Shown here: one piece after another, positions 10,401 to 21,100 of the stretch | How positions within the stretch are numbered: the first letter of the stretch is position 1 | Layout: each line of letters starts with the position of its first letter | DNA from: Minisyncoccota bacterium | GTDB lineage: Bacteria > Patescibacteriota > Minisyncoccia > Phycocordibacterales > JABAAK01 | NCBI GenBank assembly: GCA_958295675.1 | Contig: OY282360.1 | Coordinates: 261,466 to 325,465, forward strand | DNA length: 64,000 nt | Reading direction: 5' to 3' | Notes under the pieces: generated by a model | Databases searched by the model: none | The model's input: only the letters and a program-made list of their open reading frames with translations | What the model was told of the DNA's origin: nothing | Translations under genes and position numbers: made by a program

Positions 10401-13400
10401 GGTGCACACGATGACGATGGACGATACAACAACAGAGGTGCGGTCTACCTCTTTCAAAAAACAGACGGTGTATGGGCGAAGACCCTGAAGATCTCTGACA
10501 ATAGCGGCGGCGAGGGATTACTTAATATCGATTTGAGTAGAAGTGACGACTTCGGCTCAGCCGTCTCCTTCTCGGGAGACGGCACCGTACTGGCAGTAGG
10601 TGCGGATGGTGACGATGAAGGCGCGGTGTACCTCTTTCAAAAAACAAATGGCTCCTGGGCGAAGACCTTGAAGATCTCTGACAATGACGGCGGTGAGGGA
10701 TTACTGGATATCAATTTGAGCATATTTGACAACTTCGGCACCGCCGTATCTCTTTCCGCGGACGGCACCGCACTAGCGGTTGGTACGGGTGATAACATCA
10801 GTAGCAAAGGCGCGGTGTACCTCTTTCAAAAGACAAATGGCTCCTGGGCGAAGACCCTGAAGATCTCTGACAACGGCGGCGGCACAGAACTTTTGGATAT
10901 CAATTTGAGCGACAGTGACAGCTTCGGCTCCGCCGTCTCCTTCTCGGGAGACGGCACCGTACTGGCAGTAGGTGCGGATGGTGACGATGACGGCAACAAC
11001 AGCGACATAAATGCCAATAGAGGCGCGGTCTACACATTCGATGTCTCGCCGACTTCAACTACATCTGCGACTGTCACCGCCGTTGACACTGAAGACAGCA
11101 GCACCATGAAATATAAAAAGGTGAGTGGCACCGCCTGCACGGCGACACAGTTCGCAAGCGGTACAGGAACACCGTATGCCGAGAAGGATGCAATTACCGT
11201 CACCAGTGAAACAGATAATAACAAACGGTTTTGTTTCAGGTCGGAAGACGGAGTAGGGAATATCGGTTACGGTATCTCCGCGACAATTGCCGGTATAGAC
11301 ACCACCGCACCGACACTTATTGCTTTCAAAATAGGCACCGGCAGTACCGCGACCTATAAAGTCAGTGCCACGGACAACTCACCCGTCACCGGCAAGACCA
11401 AGGATAATATCGCAGCAGGCAGCTGTACCGACACGACCACAACCGACAACACCTGGACCAGTTACACCCCCGGAACAGAATCCGTCACAGCACACGATGA
11501 CAACGGCAGGTGCATCATTGTTATTGACGCGGCAGGGAACAAGAAAGCACAGCACCTATCGGATAGTGATAACAGCTATCAGACACCGTCCGCAGCGGTG
11601 ACCGGCATAAATTTGCAGGACGGCTCTGATACCGGAGCGGATAATGACAATATCACCTCCGACACCACCGCGCCGGTGATTGAATTTACAGCAACCGCAA
11701 GTGCCACGACAACCGGACGGTGGAGAAAACAGGACGGAGAGTGGAGTTCAACAACCGCCACCACCAATAGCGGCACTGTCACCACCACCCGAACCTACAC
11801 CCTCCCAAACCTGACAGGCGGTGACGGTGTATATGAGGTGGAGATAACACAAACTGAATCGGGGGAACCGGCAAACCCAACACTCTACACATTCACATTG
11901 GACACGAAAGCACCTACCGTGATACCTTTCACTGTCGCTCCCACTCCGGGCGACATTAACTACCTTGGTATTGACGACAGTATCACAGCCTCATTTCTCT
12001 TTAATGAGTCTATGGCAGTGTCACCGGTACTTACCGGAAAGTTCATCAACGACGAGACGGATATTCCAGCATCAGGAGGCAATCATCACACCATCACCGC
12101 CGTTCGCTACGACGCGACGACACAAACCCTCACACTTACCGTCAGGGATGCGGGACCTGATGTCGCCGTGGGTAACTTAAAGTATCAGATTACCAACGGC
12201 GCAGCAATCACTGACATAGCGGGCAACGCTCTCGGTACGCAGACCCGCACGATGTCTATCGACGATACGGCAATAGATACGACAAAACCCATACTCACCT
12301 CCACCAGAGTGGGTACCAGCAGCACCGCAACCTACATAGTCACCGCCACGGACACCTCACCCGTCACCGGAAAAACAAAAGACAATGTCATCTTGACAAA
12401 CTGTACTGACACCACAACCACCGATAACACATGGACATATTACACATCTGGAGAATATACCGGCACGGCAGACAACACCAATGGCAGATGTGTTATCATC
12501 ACGGACGCGGCAGGAAACAAGAAAGCACAGCATCTCTCAGACAGTGATAACACTGTGACGAGTGTTCCTATACTGACACTTGATCTCACCTCCGACACCG
12601 GCACTGACACCACCGACGACCATACAAGCGACACTACACCAGAGTTTACAGTGACCGGATCAACCGCGTACGGCGGTTCCGCGAACAACGAAGTACGCCT
12701 CTATCATAAGAACACCGCCTGCGGTACCCTCCCGACCGACATCACGACAATCACTGCACTCACCGGATGGACACTCTACAAAACAACCGCTACCTCCGCT
12801 ACCTCTTCCACTACCACAACCGGTATCACCTCCCAAACCGCGCTGACCACCACCGACGACCACTGTTTCCTTGCCATCTACTCAACCGACGGCTCAGCGA
12901 TAACACGATACGGACAACTTGATGTCGTCATAGACATCACTGCACCGACAGTCATCCCACACATCTCACCGTCGCTGCCGTCAGGCACGCCGACGAAGTT
13001 CTCACGCGCCGGTGATGTTGCGGTACAATTGGATAGTGGTGACGAATTCGGCTCCGCCGTATCTCTCTCCGCGGATGGCACCCTCATGGCAGTTGGTGCG
13101 TCACACGATGATGGCACCGACAGCAACAGAGGTGCGGTCTACCTCTTTCAAAAAACAAATGGCTCCTGGGCGAAGACCCTGAAGATCTCTGACAATGACG
13201 GTAGTGAAGGATTGCTGGATATCAATTTGAGCAACGGTGACAACTTCGGCTCCGCCGTATCTCTCTCTGCGGACGGCACCATACTGGCAGTCGGTGCGGA
13301 TGGTGACGATGACGGTGCGGTGTACCTCTTTCAAAAAACAAATGGCTCCTGGGCAAAGACCCTGAAAATCTCTGACAATGGCGGTGGCGAGGGATTACTG

Positions 13401-16400
13401 GATATTGATTTGAGTGCAGGTATATTTGACAATAATTTCGGCTCCGCCGTATCTCTCTCTGCGGACGGCACCGCACTGGCGGTTGGTGCGGATGGTGACA
13501 ATAACAATGACGGTGCGGTCTACCTCTTTCAAAAATCAGGCAACACATGGGCAAAGACCCTGAAAATCTCACACACCGGTGATGTTGCGGTACCATTGGA
13601 TGATTGGGACTTCTTCGGTTCCGCCGTGTCTCTCTCTGCGGACGGCACCACACTGGCGGTTGGTGCGTCACGCGATGATGATGGCAACAACAGCAGCATA
13701 AATGCCAATAGAGGCGCGGTCTATCTCTTTCAAAAATCAGGCAATACCTGGGCAAAGACCTTAAAAATCTCCGACAACGGCGGCGGCACAGAACTTTTGG
13801 ATATCAATTTGAGCGACAGTGACAGCTTCGGCTCCGCCGTCTCCTTCTCGGGAGACGGCACCACACTGGCAGTGGGTGTGGATGGTGACAATGAAGGTGC
13901 GGTGTACCTCTTTCAAAAAACAAATGGCTCCTGGGCGAAGACCTTGAAGATCTCTGACAACGGCGGCGGTGAGGGATTATTGGATATTGATTTGAGCAAC
14001 TATGACAACTTTGGCACTGCCGTATCCCTTTCTGTTGACGGCACGCTGGTGGCAGTAGGTGCGGATGGCGATTATGAAGGTGCGGTCTACACATTCGATG
14101 TCTCGCCGACTTCAACTACATCTGCGACTGTCACCGCCGTTGACACTGAAGACAGCAGCACCATGAAATATAAAAAGGTGAGTGGCACCGCCTGCACAGC
14201 GACACAGTTCACGGGCGATACAGGAACACCATATACCGAAGGTGATGCGATTACCGTCACCAGTGAAACAGATAATAACAAACGGTTTTGTTTCAGGTCG
14301 GAAGACGGAGCGGGGAACATCGGTTACGGTATTTCTATCACTCCGAATATAGACACCACTGCCCCCACACTCACCCCCACCAAAGTAGGCATCGGCAATG
14401 CAGCGACCTACAAAGTCAGTGCCACGGATGTCTCACCACCCCTCACCGGTAGAACAAAAGACAATGTCGCCTTGGTCGACTGTACCGACAGCGCGGTAAC
14501 GACAACCTCTGCGGGCTGGTCGGATTACACTCCCGGAACAGACACCGGCACTGCCGATGACACCAACGGCAGGTGTGTCATCATCACGGACGCGGTGGGG
14601 AACAGCAAAGCCCAGCATCTCTCAGACAGTGATAATACGATAACGGGTGTTCCCGCACTGACACTTGATCTCACTTCCGACACCGGCGACACCACCGATG
14701 ACCATACAAGCGACACCACGCCCGCGTTCACGGTGACGGGATTAACCGCGTACGGCGGCTCCGCGAACAACGAAGTGCGTCTCTACCACAAGAACACTGC
14801 TTGCGGCATCCTCCCGACCGCCATCACGACTATCGCCGGTCTCACCGACTGGACACTCTATAAAACAACCGATGTCTCCGCCGCCTCTTCCACCACCACA
14901 ACCGGCATCACTTCAGGAACCGCGCTGACCACCACCGACGAGCACTGTTTCCTTGCTGTCTACTCAACCGACGGCTCGGCAATAACACGACACGGACAGC
15001 TTGATGTCGTTATAGACACCACCACGCCGACGGTCATCCCCCACATCATACCCTCCCTCCCGTCAGGCACGCCGACAAAGTTCTCGCATACCAGTGATGT
15101 CGCGGTGACACTAGATGATGATGACCGTTTCGGCAGTGCAGTTGCATTCTCTGCGGATGGCACCCTCATGGCGGTGGGTGCATACGGCGACGATGACGGC
15201 GGTACCGATAACAACAGCAATAGAGGTGCGGTGTACCTCTTTCAAAAAACAAATAGCTCCTGGGCGAAGACCCTAAAGATCTCTGACAATAACAACGGTT
15301 CAGGATTATTGGATATTGATTTGGATAATAGCGACCGTTTCGGCACTACCACCTCCCTTTCCGCTGACGGCACCATGCTGGCAGTGGGTGCGTACGGCGA
15401 CGATGACGGTGGCACCAACCGAGGCGCGATCTATCTCTTTCAAAAAACGGGCAATACCTGGGCGAAGACCTTAAAAATCTCCGACAACGCCGGTGGTTCA
15501 GGATTGTTGGATATCAATTTAAGTGATTATGACCGCTTCGGTCGCGCTGTCTCCCTTTCCGCCGACGGCACCATGCTGGTAGCGGGTTCGTACGGTGACG
15601 ATGACGGCGGTACCACGAGCGACCGTAACAGAGGTGCGGTCTATCTCTTTCAAAAAACAGGCGATACCTGGGCAAAGACCTTAAAAATATCCGACAACGG
15701 CGGCGGTGAGGGATTATTGGACATCAATTTGGACAACAATGATCGCTTCGGCGTCGCTGCCTCTCTTTCCGCCGACGGCACTATGTTGGCAGTGGGAGCA
15801 TACTATGATGACGATGGTCATGCAAGTGTTGACAGAGGCGCGGTCTACCTCTTTCAAAAAACAAACGGTACCTGGACGAAGACCCTGAAAATCTCCGACA
15901 ATGATGACAGTGAGGGATTATTGGACATCAATTTGGACAACAATGATGAATTCGGCAACGCCATCTCCTTTTCCGCAGACGGTACCATGCTGGCAGTGGG
16001 TGCACACGATGACGATGACGGTGGACAACACAATAACAGAGGCGCGGTCTACCTCTTTCAAAAAACAGGCGGTACATGGGCAAAGACCTTAAAAATCTCC
16101 GACAACGATGGCGGCAAAGAACTATTGGATATCAATTTGCGCAACCATGACTTCTTCGGCTCCGCCGTCTCCTTCTCGGGAGACGGAACCATGCTGGCGG
16201 TGGGAGCAGATCATAATGATGACGGTAGCAGTAACAGCTATGAGAGAGGCGCGGTCTACGCATTCAGCGTATCGCCGAAACTGACCGCTTCCGCGACGGT
16301 CACCGCCGTTGACACTGAGGACAGCAGCACGATGAAATATATGAAAACTACCGGCACCTCCTGTACATCCGCGCAGTTTGCGGGCGGCACAGGAACACCA

Positions 16401-17774
16401 TATACCGAAGGAGACGAGATTACCGTCGCCACTGAAGCGGACAACAACAAACGGTTTTGTTTTAAGTCGGAAGACGGAGCAGGGAATAGCAGTTACGGTA
16501 TCTCCGCCGTCCTGAACATAGACACCACTGCCCCCGTGCTCACCCCGATCAGAACGGGCACCGGCAGCACCGCGACCTACATAGTCACTGCCACGGATGT
16601 CTCACCGCCCCTCACCGGAAAAACAAGAGATAATATCGCCTCGGGAAGCTGCACCGACACCCTCTACACCTTCCTCACCAGTTACTTTTGGTCGGACTAC
16701 ACCCCCGGAACGAATGTTGGCACCGCAGACGACACCAACGGCAGGTGTGTCATCATCACGGATGCGGCAGGCAACAGCAAAGCCCAGCATCTCTCGGACA
16801 GCGACAACACGATTGAGAGCGACTTCACCCTGGACATCACCGGCAACGACACCGCCAACTATCTGGATGCCATTGTCCACTACTATTACGCGCAAAACCC
16901 GAGCGATGAGTCAGCGGGCGGTGCGGTCATGGCGAATTTCATCAATGCAAACGACTCACCGGCGAAGACAGGGACCCCGATCACCACGGCAACTATCTAC
17001 ACAACGATGCAGGATTCCGCCACGACGCGTGATTTCACCGGCAACGGCACGGCAAACTATCTGGATGCCATTGTTCACTACTACTACGCGCAGAACCCGC
17101 TCGATCAGTCAGCGGGCGGCGCAGTTATGGCGAACTTTATCAACGCGAACGACTCACCGGCGAAGACAGGGGTTCCGACCACCACGGAAGCTATCTACAC
17201 GCTGCTTCAAGGATTAGGGGGGAGATCGGGCGATTCTTCCGATAGAATCGCGGTTTCCACATCCGCCGTTATCCAGGACTTTTCGGATGGCAGTAACCAA
17301 AAACTCTATGAGTTTACCATTGCCGCGGATGATGCAGGTGATGTCTATCTCGGTCAGGTTGCCCTCACATTCACCGGTGCACACAGTAAGCTCGGCACGG
17401 TGAATATTCGTCGCGGAACATTAACCAGTTCGCCTGTGGTTGCTTCAGGATCTCCTGCTTCAGAACCTGTGAAATTCCCGTTCACCAATGTTGAGACCAT
17501 TGATTCCGGTGAATCGGTAACATTCTCAGTAACCGCTCCTGTGTCCGGTGTCGCTGACGACGAATCTATCACGATTGAGCTTGCTGCAGACAGTGAACCG
17601 ACTGCTGCGAATAAAGTTGGTCAGGAATTCACAGATGCGAAAGATGACTTCAACTTTGTCTGGTCGCCGAATTCGTTAGATAACGAAGGTGCGATAAGTA
17701 ACAACGCCGACTGGTTCTCCGGTTGGGCTGTCTTTGACGATGTTGAGGGCTGGACAAGTGACGAGGATAACTAA
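7401..17774 (+). CDS. Giant modular surface protein 1 (3457 aa): signal peptide, 2 cadherin-like repeats, variable Ig-like domain, 3 FG-GAP propellers, Ig-like repeats, twin dockerin-like repeat, extra C-terminal surface-protein module
   Basis: Hydrophobic leader with ATHA-Q cleavage; TLSGLTVS..LNEPFD..TTAYT cadherin-like units; FGSAVSLSADG..LAVGA..DD....GAVYLF repeats; DITGN.TANYLDA twice. Confidence 0.9.
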   Translation: MYITQNIFWSRATAWCVSIAMLFSVVGPATHAQTQQEPPEQQAEAPPERVSDDDEEEEEPAEQEEEQEEDEEEEVVPTATLSGLTVSETNLNEPFDAETTAYTADVANTIETVTVSATPTDDTATVTYDPTDADTEEEGHQIALTEGENTVTAEDAAATQTYILTVTRAAEEEPVEEESEPEGDDATEPADDTTNEQADDEEEESNEDGEEEGEEENEEQEESEEEEEPVEQEEEEQEETITPPTLNGLTVSDTNLNEPFDAETTTYTVDVANDIENVTVTPTADDTMTVAFTDTTDTDTEEEGHQVALTVGENTVTITVTAQDGVTAQTYILTITRAAEESEHEDEEETEEEQETPEPTVEPAPEQSQPEAQRQQAQLPDDDTSDTQANPNGPLLIALKPSSDSHRHGTITAVTALPGSPTTGTVIRFTASASSLANTVDTDGSTAKTTAAANDMFQYNDTKWVFMGNGATTVGISSDVDGITNDDTPTFVVKSADGNTFGGGRDDEAFIAKHAGACSSVTIPNNSLNGLNRNHAEYIFRSRSGWTEIDSFDMDLDRGGYSAAASFELTSDELTAGKYCFIAFYTDNGRATANTSTGLTVTIDNSITTPSLSISSGTGTATPTVTVTNLENNAKVRLYTSSNCSTGTALGSGDTTVGASTRVNIDLTGRSVGDIFYAKHTDVAGNTACRSGVTNIPGLTLDLTSDTGTDTTDDHTSDTTPEFTVTGSTAYGGSANNEVRLYHKNTACGTLPPVTTIAGLTGWTLYKTTDVSASSVTSTAGITSGTALTTADEHCFLAVYSADGSAITRYGQLDVVIDTTAPTIIPHISPSLPSGTPTKFSHAGDVAVPLDDWEFFGSTVSLSADGTLMAVGASRDDDGGTDSNRGAVYLFQKTNGSWAKTLKISDNGGGEGLLDINLSDYDYFGSAVSFSGDGTVLAVGADGDDDGAVHLFQKTNGSWAKTLKISDNDGGEGLLDINLGDNDNFGSAVSLSADGTALAVGAHDDDGRYNNRGAVYLFQKTDGVWAKTLKISDNSGGEGLLNIDLSRSDDFGSAVSFSGDGTVLAVGADGDDEGAVYLFQKTNGSWAKTLKISDNDGGEGLLDINLSIFDNFGTAVSLSADGTALAVGTGDNISSKGAVYLFQKTNGSWAKTLKISDNGGGTELLDINLSDSDSFGSAVSFSGDGTVLAVGADGDDDGNNSDINANRGAVYTFDVSPTSTTSATVTAVDTEDSSTMKYKKVSGTACTATQFASGTGTPYAEKDAITVTSETDNNKRFCFRSEDGVGNIGYGISATIAGIDTTAPTLIAFKIGTGSTATYKVSATDNSPVTGKTKDNIAAGSCTDTTTTDNTWTSYTPGTESVTAHDDNGRCIIVIDAAGNKKAQHLSDSDNSYQTPSAAVTGINLQDGSDTGADNDNITSDTTAPVIEFTATASATTTGRWRKQDGEWSSTTATTNSGTVTTTRTYTLPNLTGGDGVYEVEITQTESGEPANPTLYTFTLDTKAPTVIPFTVAPTPGDINYLGIDDSITASFLFNESMAVSPVLTGKFINDETDIPASGGNHHTITAVRYDATTQTLTLTVRDAGPDVAVGNLKYQITNGAAITDIAGNALGTQTRTMSIDDTAIDTTKPILTSTRVGTSSTATYIVTATDTSPVTGKTKDNVILTNCTDTTTTDNTWTYYTSGEYTGTADNTNGRCVIITDAAGNKKAQHLSDSDNTVTSVPILTLDLTSDTGTDTTDDHTSDTTPEFTVTGSTAYGGSANNEVRLYHKNTACGTLPTDITTITALTGWTLYKTTATSATSSTTTTGITSQTALTTTDDHCFLAIYSTDGSAITRYGQLDVVIDITAPTVIPHISPSLPSGTPTKFSRAGDVAVQLDSGDEFGSAVSLSADGTLMAVGASHDDGTDSNRGAVYLFQKTNGSWAKTLKISDNDGSEGLLDINLSNGDNFGSAVSLSADGTILAVGADGDDDGAVYLFQKTNGSWAKTLKISDNGGGEGLLDIDLSAGIFDNNFGSAVSLSADGTALAVGADGDNNNDGAVYLFQKSGNTWAKTLKISHTGDVAVPLDDWDFFGSAVSLSADGTTLAVGASRDDDGNNSSINANRGAVYLFQKSGNTWAKTLKISDNGGGTELLDINLSDSDSFGSAVSFSGDGTTLAVGVDGDNEGAVYLFQKTNGSWAKTLKISDNGGGEGLLDIDLSNYDNFGTAVSLSVDGTLVAVGADGDYEGAVYTFDVSPTSTTSATVTAVDTEDSSTMKYKKVSGTACTATQFTGDTGTPYTEGDAITVTSETDNNKRFCFRSEDGAGNIGYGISITPNIDTTAPTLTPTKVGIGNAATYKVSATDVSPPLTGRTKDNVALVDCTDSAVTTTSAGWSDYTPGTDTGTADDTNGRCVIITDAVGNSKAQHLSDSDNTITGVPALTLDLTSDTGDTTDDHTSDTTPAFTVTGLTAYGGSANNEVRLYHKNTACGILPTAITTIAGLTDWTLYKTTDVSAASSTTTTGITSGTALTTTDEHCFLAVYSTDGSAITRHGQLDVVIDTTTPTVIPHIIPSLPSGTPTKFSHTSDVAVTLDDDDRFGSAVAFSADGTLMAVGAYGDDDGGTDNNSNRGAVYLFQKTNSSWAKTLKISDNNNGSGLLDIDLDNSDRFGTTTSLSADGTMLAVGAYGDDDGGTNRGAIYLFQKTGNTWAKTLKISDNAGGSGLLDINLSDYDRFGRAVSLSADGTMLVAGSYGDDDGGTTSDRNRGAVYLFQKTGDTWAKTLKISDNGGGEGLLDINLDNNDRFGVAASLSADGTMLAVGAYYDDDGHASVDRGAVYLFQKTNGTWTKTLKISDNDDSEGLLDINLDNNDEFGNAISFSADGTMLAVGAHDDDDGGQHNNRGAVYLFQKTGGTWAKTLKISDNDGGKELLDINLRNHDFFGSAVSFSGDGTMLAVGADHNDDGSSNSYERGAVYAFSVSPKLTASATVTAVDTEDSSTMKYMKTTGTSCTSAQFAGGTGTPYTEGDEITVATEADNNKRFCFKSEDGAGNSSYGISAVLNIDTTAPVLTPIRTGTGSTATYIVTATDVSPPLTGKTRDNIASGSCTDTLYTFLTSYFWSDYTPGTNVGTADDTNGRCVIITDAAGNSKAQHLSDSDNTIESDFTLDITGNDTANYLDAIVHYYYAQNPSDESAGGAVMANFINANDSPAKTGTPITTATIYTTMQDSATTRDFTGNGTANYLDAIVHYYYAQNPLDQSAGGAVMANFINANDSPAKTGVPTTTEAIYTLLQGLGGRSGDSSDRIAVSTSAVIQDFSDGSNQKLYEFTIAADDAGDVYLGQVALTFTGAHSKLGTVNIRRGTLTSSPVVASGSPASEPVKFPFTNVETIDSGESVTFSVTAPVSGVADDESITIELAADSEPTAANKVGQEFTDAKDDFNFVWSPNSLDNEGAISNNADWFSGWAVFDDVEGWTSDEDN
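9494..16820 (+). repeat. Intragenic triplication of the [LTLDLTSDTG Ig-like + 6x FG-GAP + Cys-Ig + NGRC] unit (starts ~9494, ~12572, ~14657)
   Basis: Near-identical DNA blocks recur three times, e.g. acacttgatctcac..ccgacaccggc and gacactgaagacagcagcac. Confidence 0.9.
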
Positions 17775-17868
17775 GGTGTAGTGAGTTCTGTCGGTGCCGA
17801 GGATGGTTGATATATGCGTGATGTGTTTTTTGTGCATACACATATATTATTCTGTTACCATACAATAC

Positions 17869-18009
17869 ATGGAATATAGTATTTCTCAGATAATAGTACT
17901 TGGTGTGATAATAGGCGGAGCAATATGCGTGAGATTGCTTATCCAACGGATAAGAAGAAAAATGATAAAAAAATTACTTACGAACTTGAGAAAGAATATA
18001 CTGAGATAA
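17869..18009 (+). CDS. 46-aa single-pass membrane micro-protein (copy 1)
   Basis: MEYSISQIIVLGVIIGGAICVRLLIQRIRRKMIKKLLTNLRKNILR: a TM helix plus basic tail. TGtTACCAT lies 7 nt before the ATG. Paralog at 22501. Confidence 0.6.
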   Translation: MEYSISQIIVLGVIIGGAICVRLLIQRIRRKMIKKLLTNLRKNILR

Positions 18010-18107
18010 TTGGACAGGTGCGCAGTGTGATGTTGCGCGATAGCAAAAGCAGATGATACGGCAACGGACATATTCGACACACTGCATACGCTGGCAGGGA
18101 GGTAGGA

Positions 18108-18151
18108 TTATCCACCTCCAATACATGATGTGATAATATAACAAGTATACT
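18108..18151 (+). promoter_or_regulatory. Array promoter motif: TTATCCACC ... TATACT
   Basis: Conserved ~75-bp upstream block shared by giant genes 2-6. Confidence 0.6.
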
Positions 18152-18181
18152 ACCCATGTGTACAGCACAGGTATAGGTAGT

Positions 18182-21100
18182 ATGTATATAACTAAAAAAT
18201 TCTTTCTCACACGATGTATCGCACTGTGGGTGATACTCGCGCTGATGGTAACACTCATTCCGACCGCTCCGTATGCGGTCGGTCAGGAAGAAAAGAAACC
18301 TGATGGGGGGGGTACGACAGATACACCGCAGGAAACACCGAATCAACAGCAGGCAGAAGCGCCACCGGAGCGTGTGTCGGACGATGATGAAGAGCAGGAA
18401 GAACCTGCAGAGCAAGAGGAGAGTGAGGAAGAGGAAACACCGGCACCAACGCTCAGCAATCTCACGGTCTCGGACACCAATCTTAACGAGCCGTTTGACG
18501 CGGAGACAACTGCCTACACCGCCGATGTGGCGCATACTAGTGAAACAGTAACAATCAGCGCGACACCGACGGACGACACCATGACCGTCACCTACGATCC
18601 GACCGATGCCGACACGGAAGAAGAAGGACAGCAGGTCAATCTAACAGAAGGAGAGAACACCGTAACGATAACAGTAACAGCAGAGGACGGGGTAACGGTG
18701 CAGACCTACACCCTAACGATCACCAGAGCGGCGGAAGAGCCGAGTGAACCCGAGGATAGTGAAGAAGAGGAAGAAGAATCTGTAGGGGGAGAAAATGAGG
18801 AAACAGAGGAAGAGGAAGAAACACCGGAACCGACTGCAGAACCGGCACCGGAACAACCGCAGCCACAAGCACAACAGCAACAGCAGGTACAACTTCCTGA
18901 TGATGACGACACCGCGGGCACGCAGGCATACACAGCACCGACAGGCGCGCTGACCCTTGACCTGAAAACCGACAGTGACAGCGGATCAAGTACCACGGAC
19001 GACATCACCAAAAACACCTCACTCACCTTCACTGTTTCAAGCGGTGCGAATTTTGGCGGTACGGATAGTAGCAATGCCAGTACAGTGGGTATGATTTATA
19101 AAAATGAAGGTTGCAGCAGCGGGACAGCGATACCGGCAGATGGCACGAATTGGGGACATTCGAGCAACAATAATGGTTTCCATAATGATTTGCCCGTTGC
19201 ATGGAGAAACAGCGCGACGAAAGAATCTACAGGTACCCCGGCAACAAGTTTTGATGTAACATTTGATATAGCAGGGAAGCCGTGGGGATCTTCCAGTCTC
19301 ACAGTGCCAACGGTTACGGACGGCGTGAAATGCTTCATCGCCGCGTTTTTTGCCGGCGATACCGCAACTGTGTCCAGCAGTAACACCAGTGCCGGTCTTG
19401 AGGTAACCATAGACACAACGGCGACTACCCCGTCACTCAGCATATCCTCCGGTGCCGGCTCCGAGGCACCAGTCGTCGCCATTACCAACCTTGAGAGTAA
19501 CGGCAAGGTGCGTCTCTACACCGATAGCGACTGCAGCGCAAGCAACGCGCTCGGCAGCGACGACACCTCGGTGGGAGCGTCAACGACCACCGCGAGTATC
19601 ACCCTGAGCGGACGGTCTGCCAGTGATACTTTTTACGCGAAGCACACCGATGTCGCGGGCAACACGGCCTGCAGCAGCAGCGGGGTATCAAATGTTTCCG
19701 TGCTGACACTTGATCTCACTTCCGACACCGGCGACACCACCGACGACCGCACCTCCGACACCACACCCGCGTTCACGGTGACGGGAGAAACCGCGTATGG
19801 CGGCTCCGCGAGCAACGAAGTACGCCTCTACCACAAGAACACCGCCTGCGGCATCCTCCCGACCGACATCACGACCACCACCGGTCTCACTGACTGGACA
19901 CTTTACAAAACAACCGATGTCTCCGCCTCCCCCGCCGTTACCACCACAACTGGCATCACCTCCGACACCGCGCTGACCACCACCGACGAACACTGCTTCC
20001 TCGCTGTCTACTCATCCGACGGCTCGGCGATAACCCGATACGGACAGTTGGATGTCGTTATAGACACCACCGCACCGACAATCATCCCCCGTGTCGCGCC
20101 GTCCTATCCGTCAGGCACACCGACCAAGTTCTCGCACGCCGGTGATGTCGCGGTGACATTGGATAATCGTGACTTCTTCGGCTCCGCCACCGCTCTCTCA
20201 GCGGACGGCACGCTGATGGCGGTGGGGGTACTGAGCGACGATGACGGCGGCAGCGACAGAGGCGCGGTGCACCTCTTTGAAAAAACAGATGCCACATGGA
20301 CGAAAACCCTGAAAATCTCCGACAACAACGGCGGCACAGAACTTTTGGATATCAATTTGGATAACAGTGACGCTTTCGGCACCACCGTCTCCCTCTCAGC
20401 GGACGGCACCCTGCTGGCGGTGGGGGCAGATAGTGACGACGACGGCGGCGGCGGCAACAAAGGCGCGGTCTATCTCTTTGAAAAAACAAGCACCGGGTGG
20501 GCGAAGACCTTGAAGATCTCTGACAATGCCAACACTGCAGGACTCTTGGATATCAATTTGGATACCGGTGACCGGTTCGGCAGCGCCGCTGCTCTCTCGG
20601 CAGACGGCACCGCACTGGCAGTGGGGGCGATCTACGACGATGACGGCGGCAGAAATGCCGACCGAGGCGCGGTCTATCTCTTTGAAAAAACAAGCACCGG
20701 GTGGGCGAAAACCCTAAAAATCTCTGACAACGACGGCGGCACAGAACTTTTGGATATCAATTTGGATGATGATGACGACTTTGGCATATCGGTTGCGCTC
20801 TCCGCGGACGGCACCGCACTTGCCGTCGGTGCGAAGTCAGACGATGACGGTGAAGCCGTCATAATCAGAAGAGGAAGAGGAAGAACAATATATGATACCG
20901 ATACCGACCGAGGCGCGGTCTATCTCTTTGAGAAATCAGACGGTACCTGGGCGAAGACCCTGAAAATCTCCGACAACGACGGCGGGAGTGCGGGACTCTT
21001 GGATATCAATTTGGACGTCGGTGATCTCTTCGGCAACGCCGTCTCCCTTGTGGCGGATGGCACCCTGCTGGCGGTGGGGGCACAGGACGACGATGATAAC

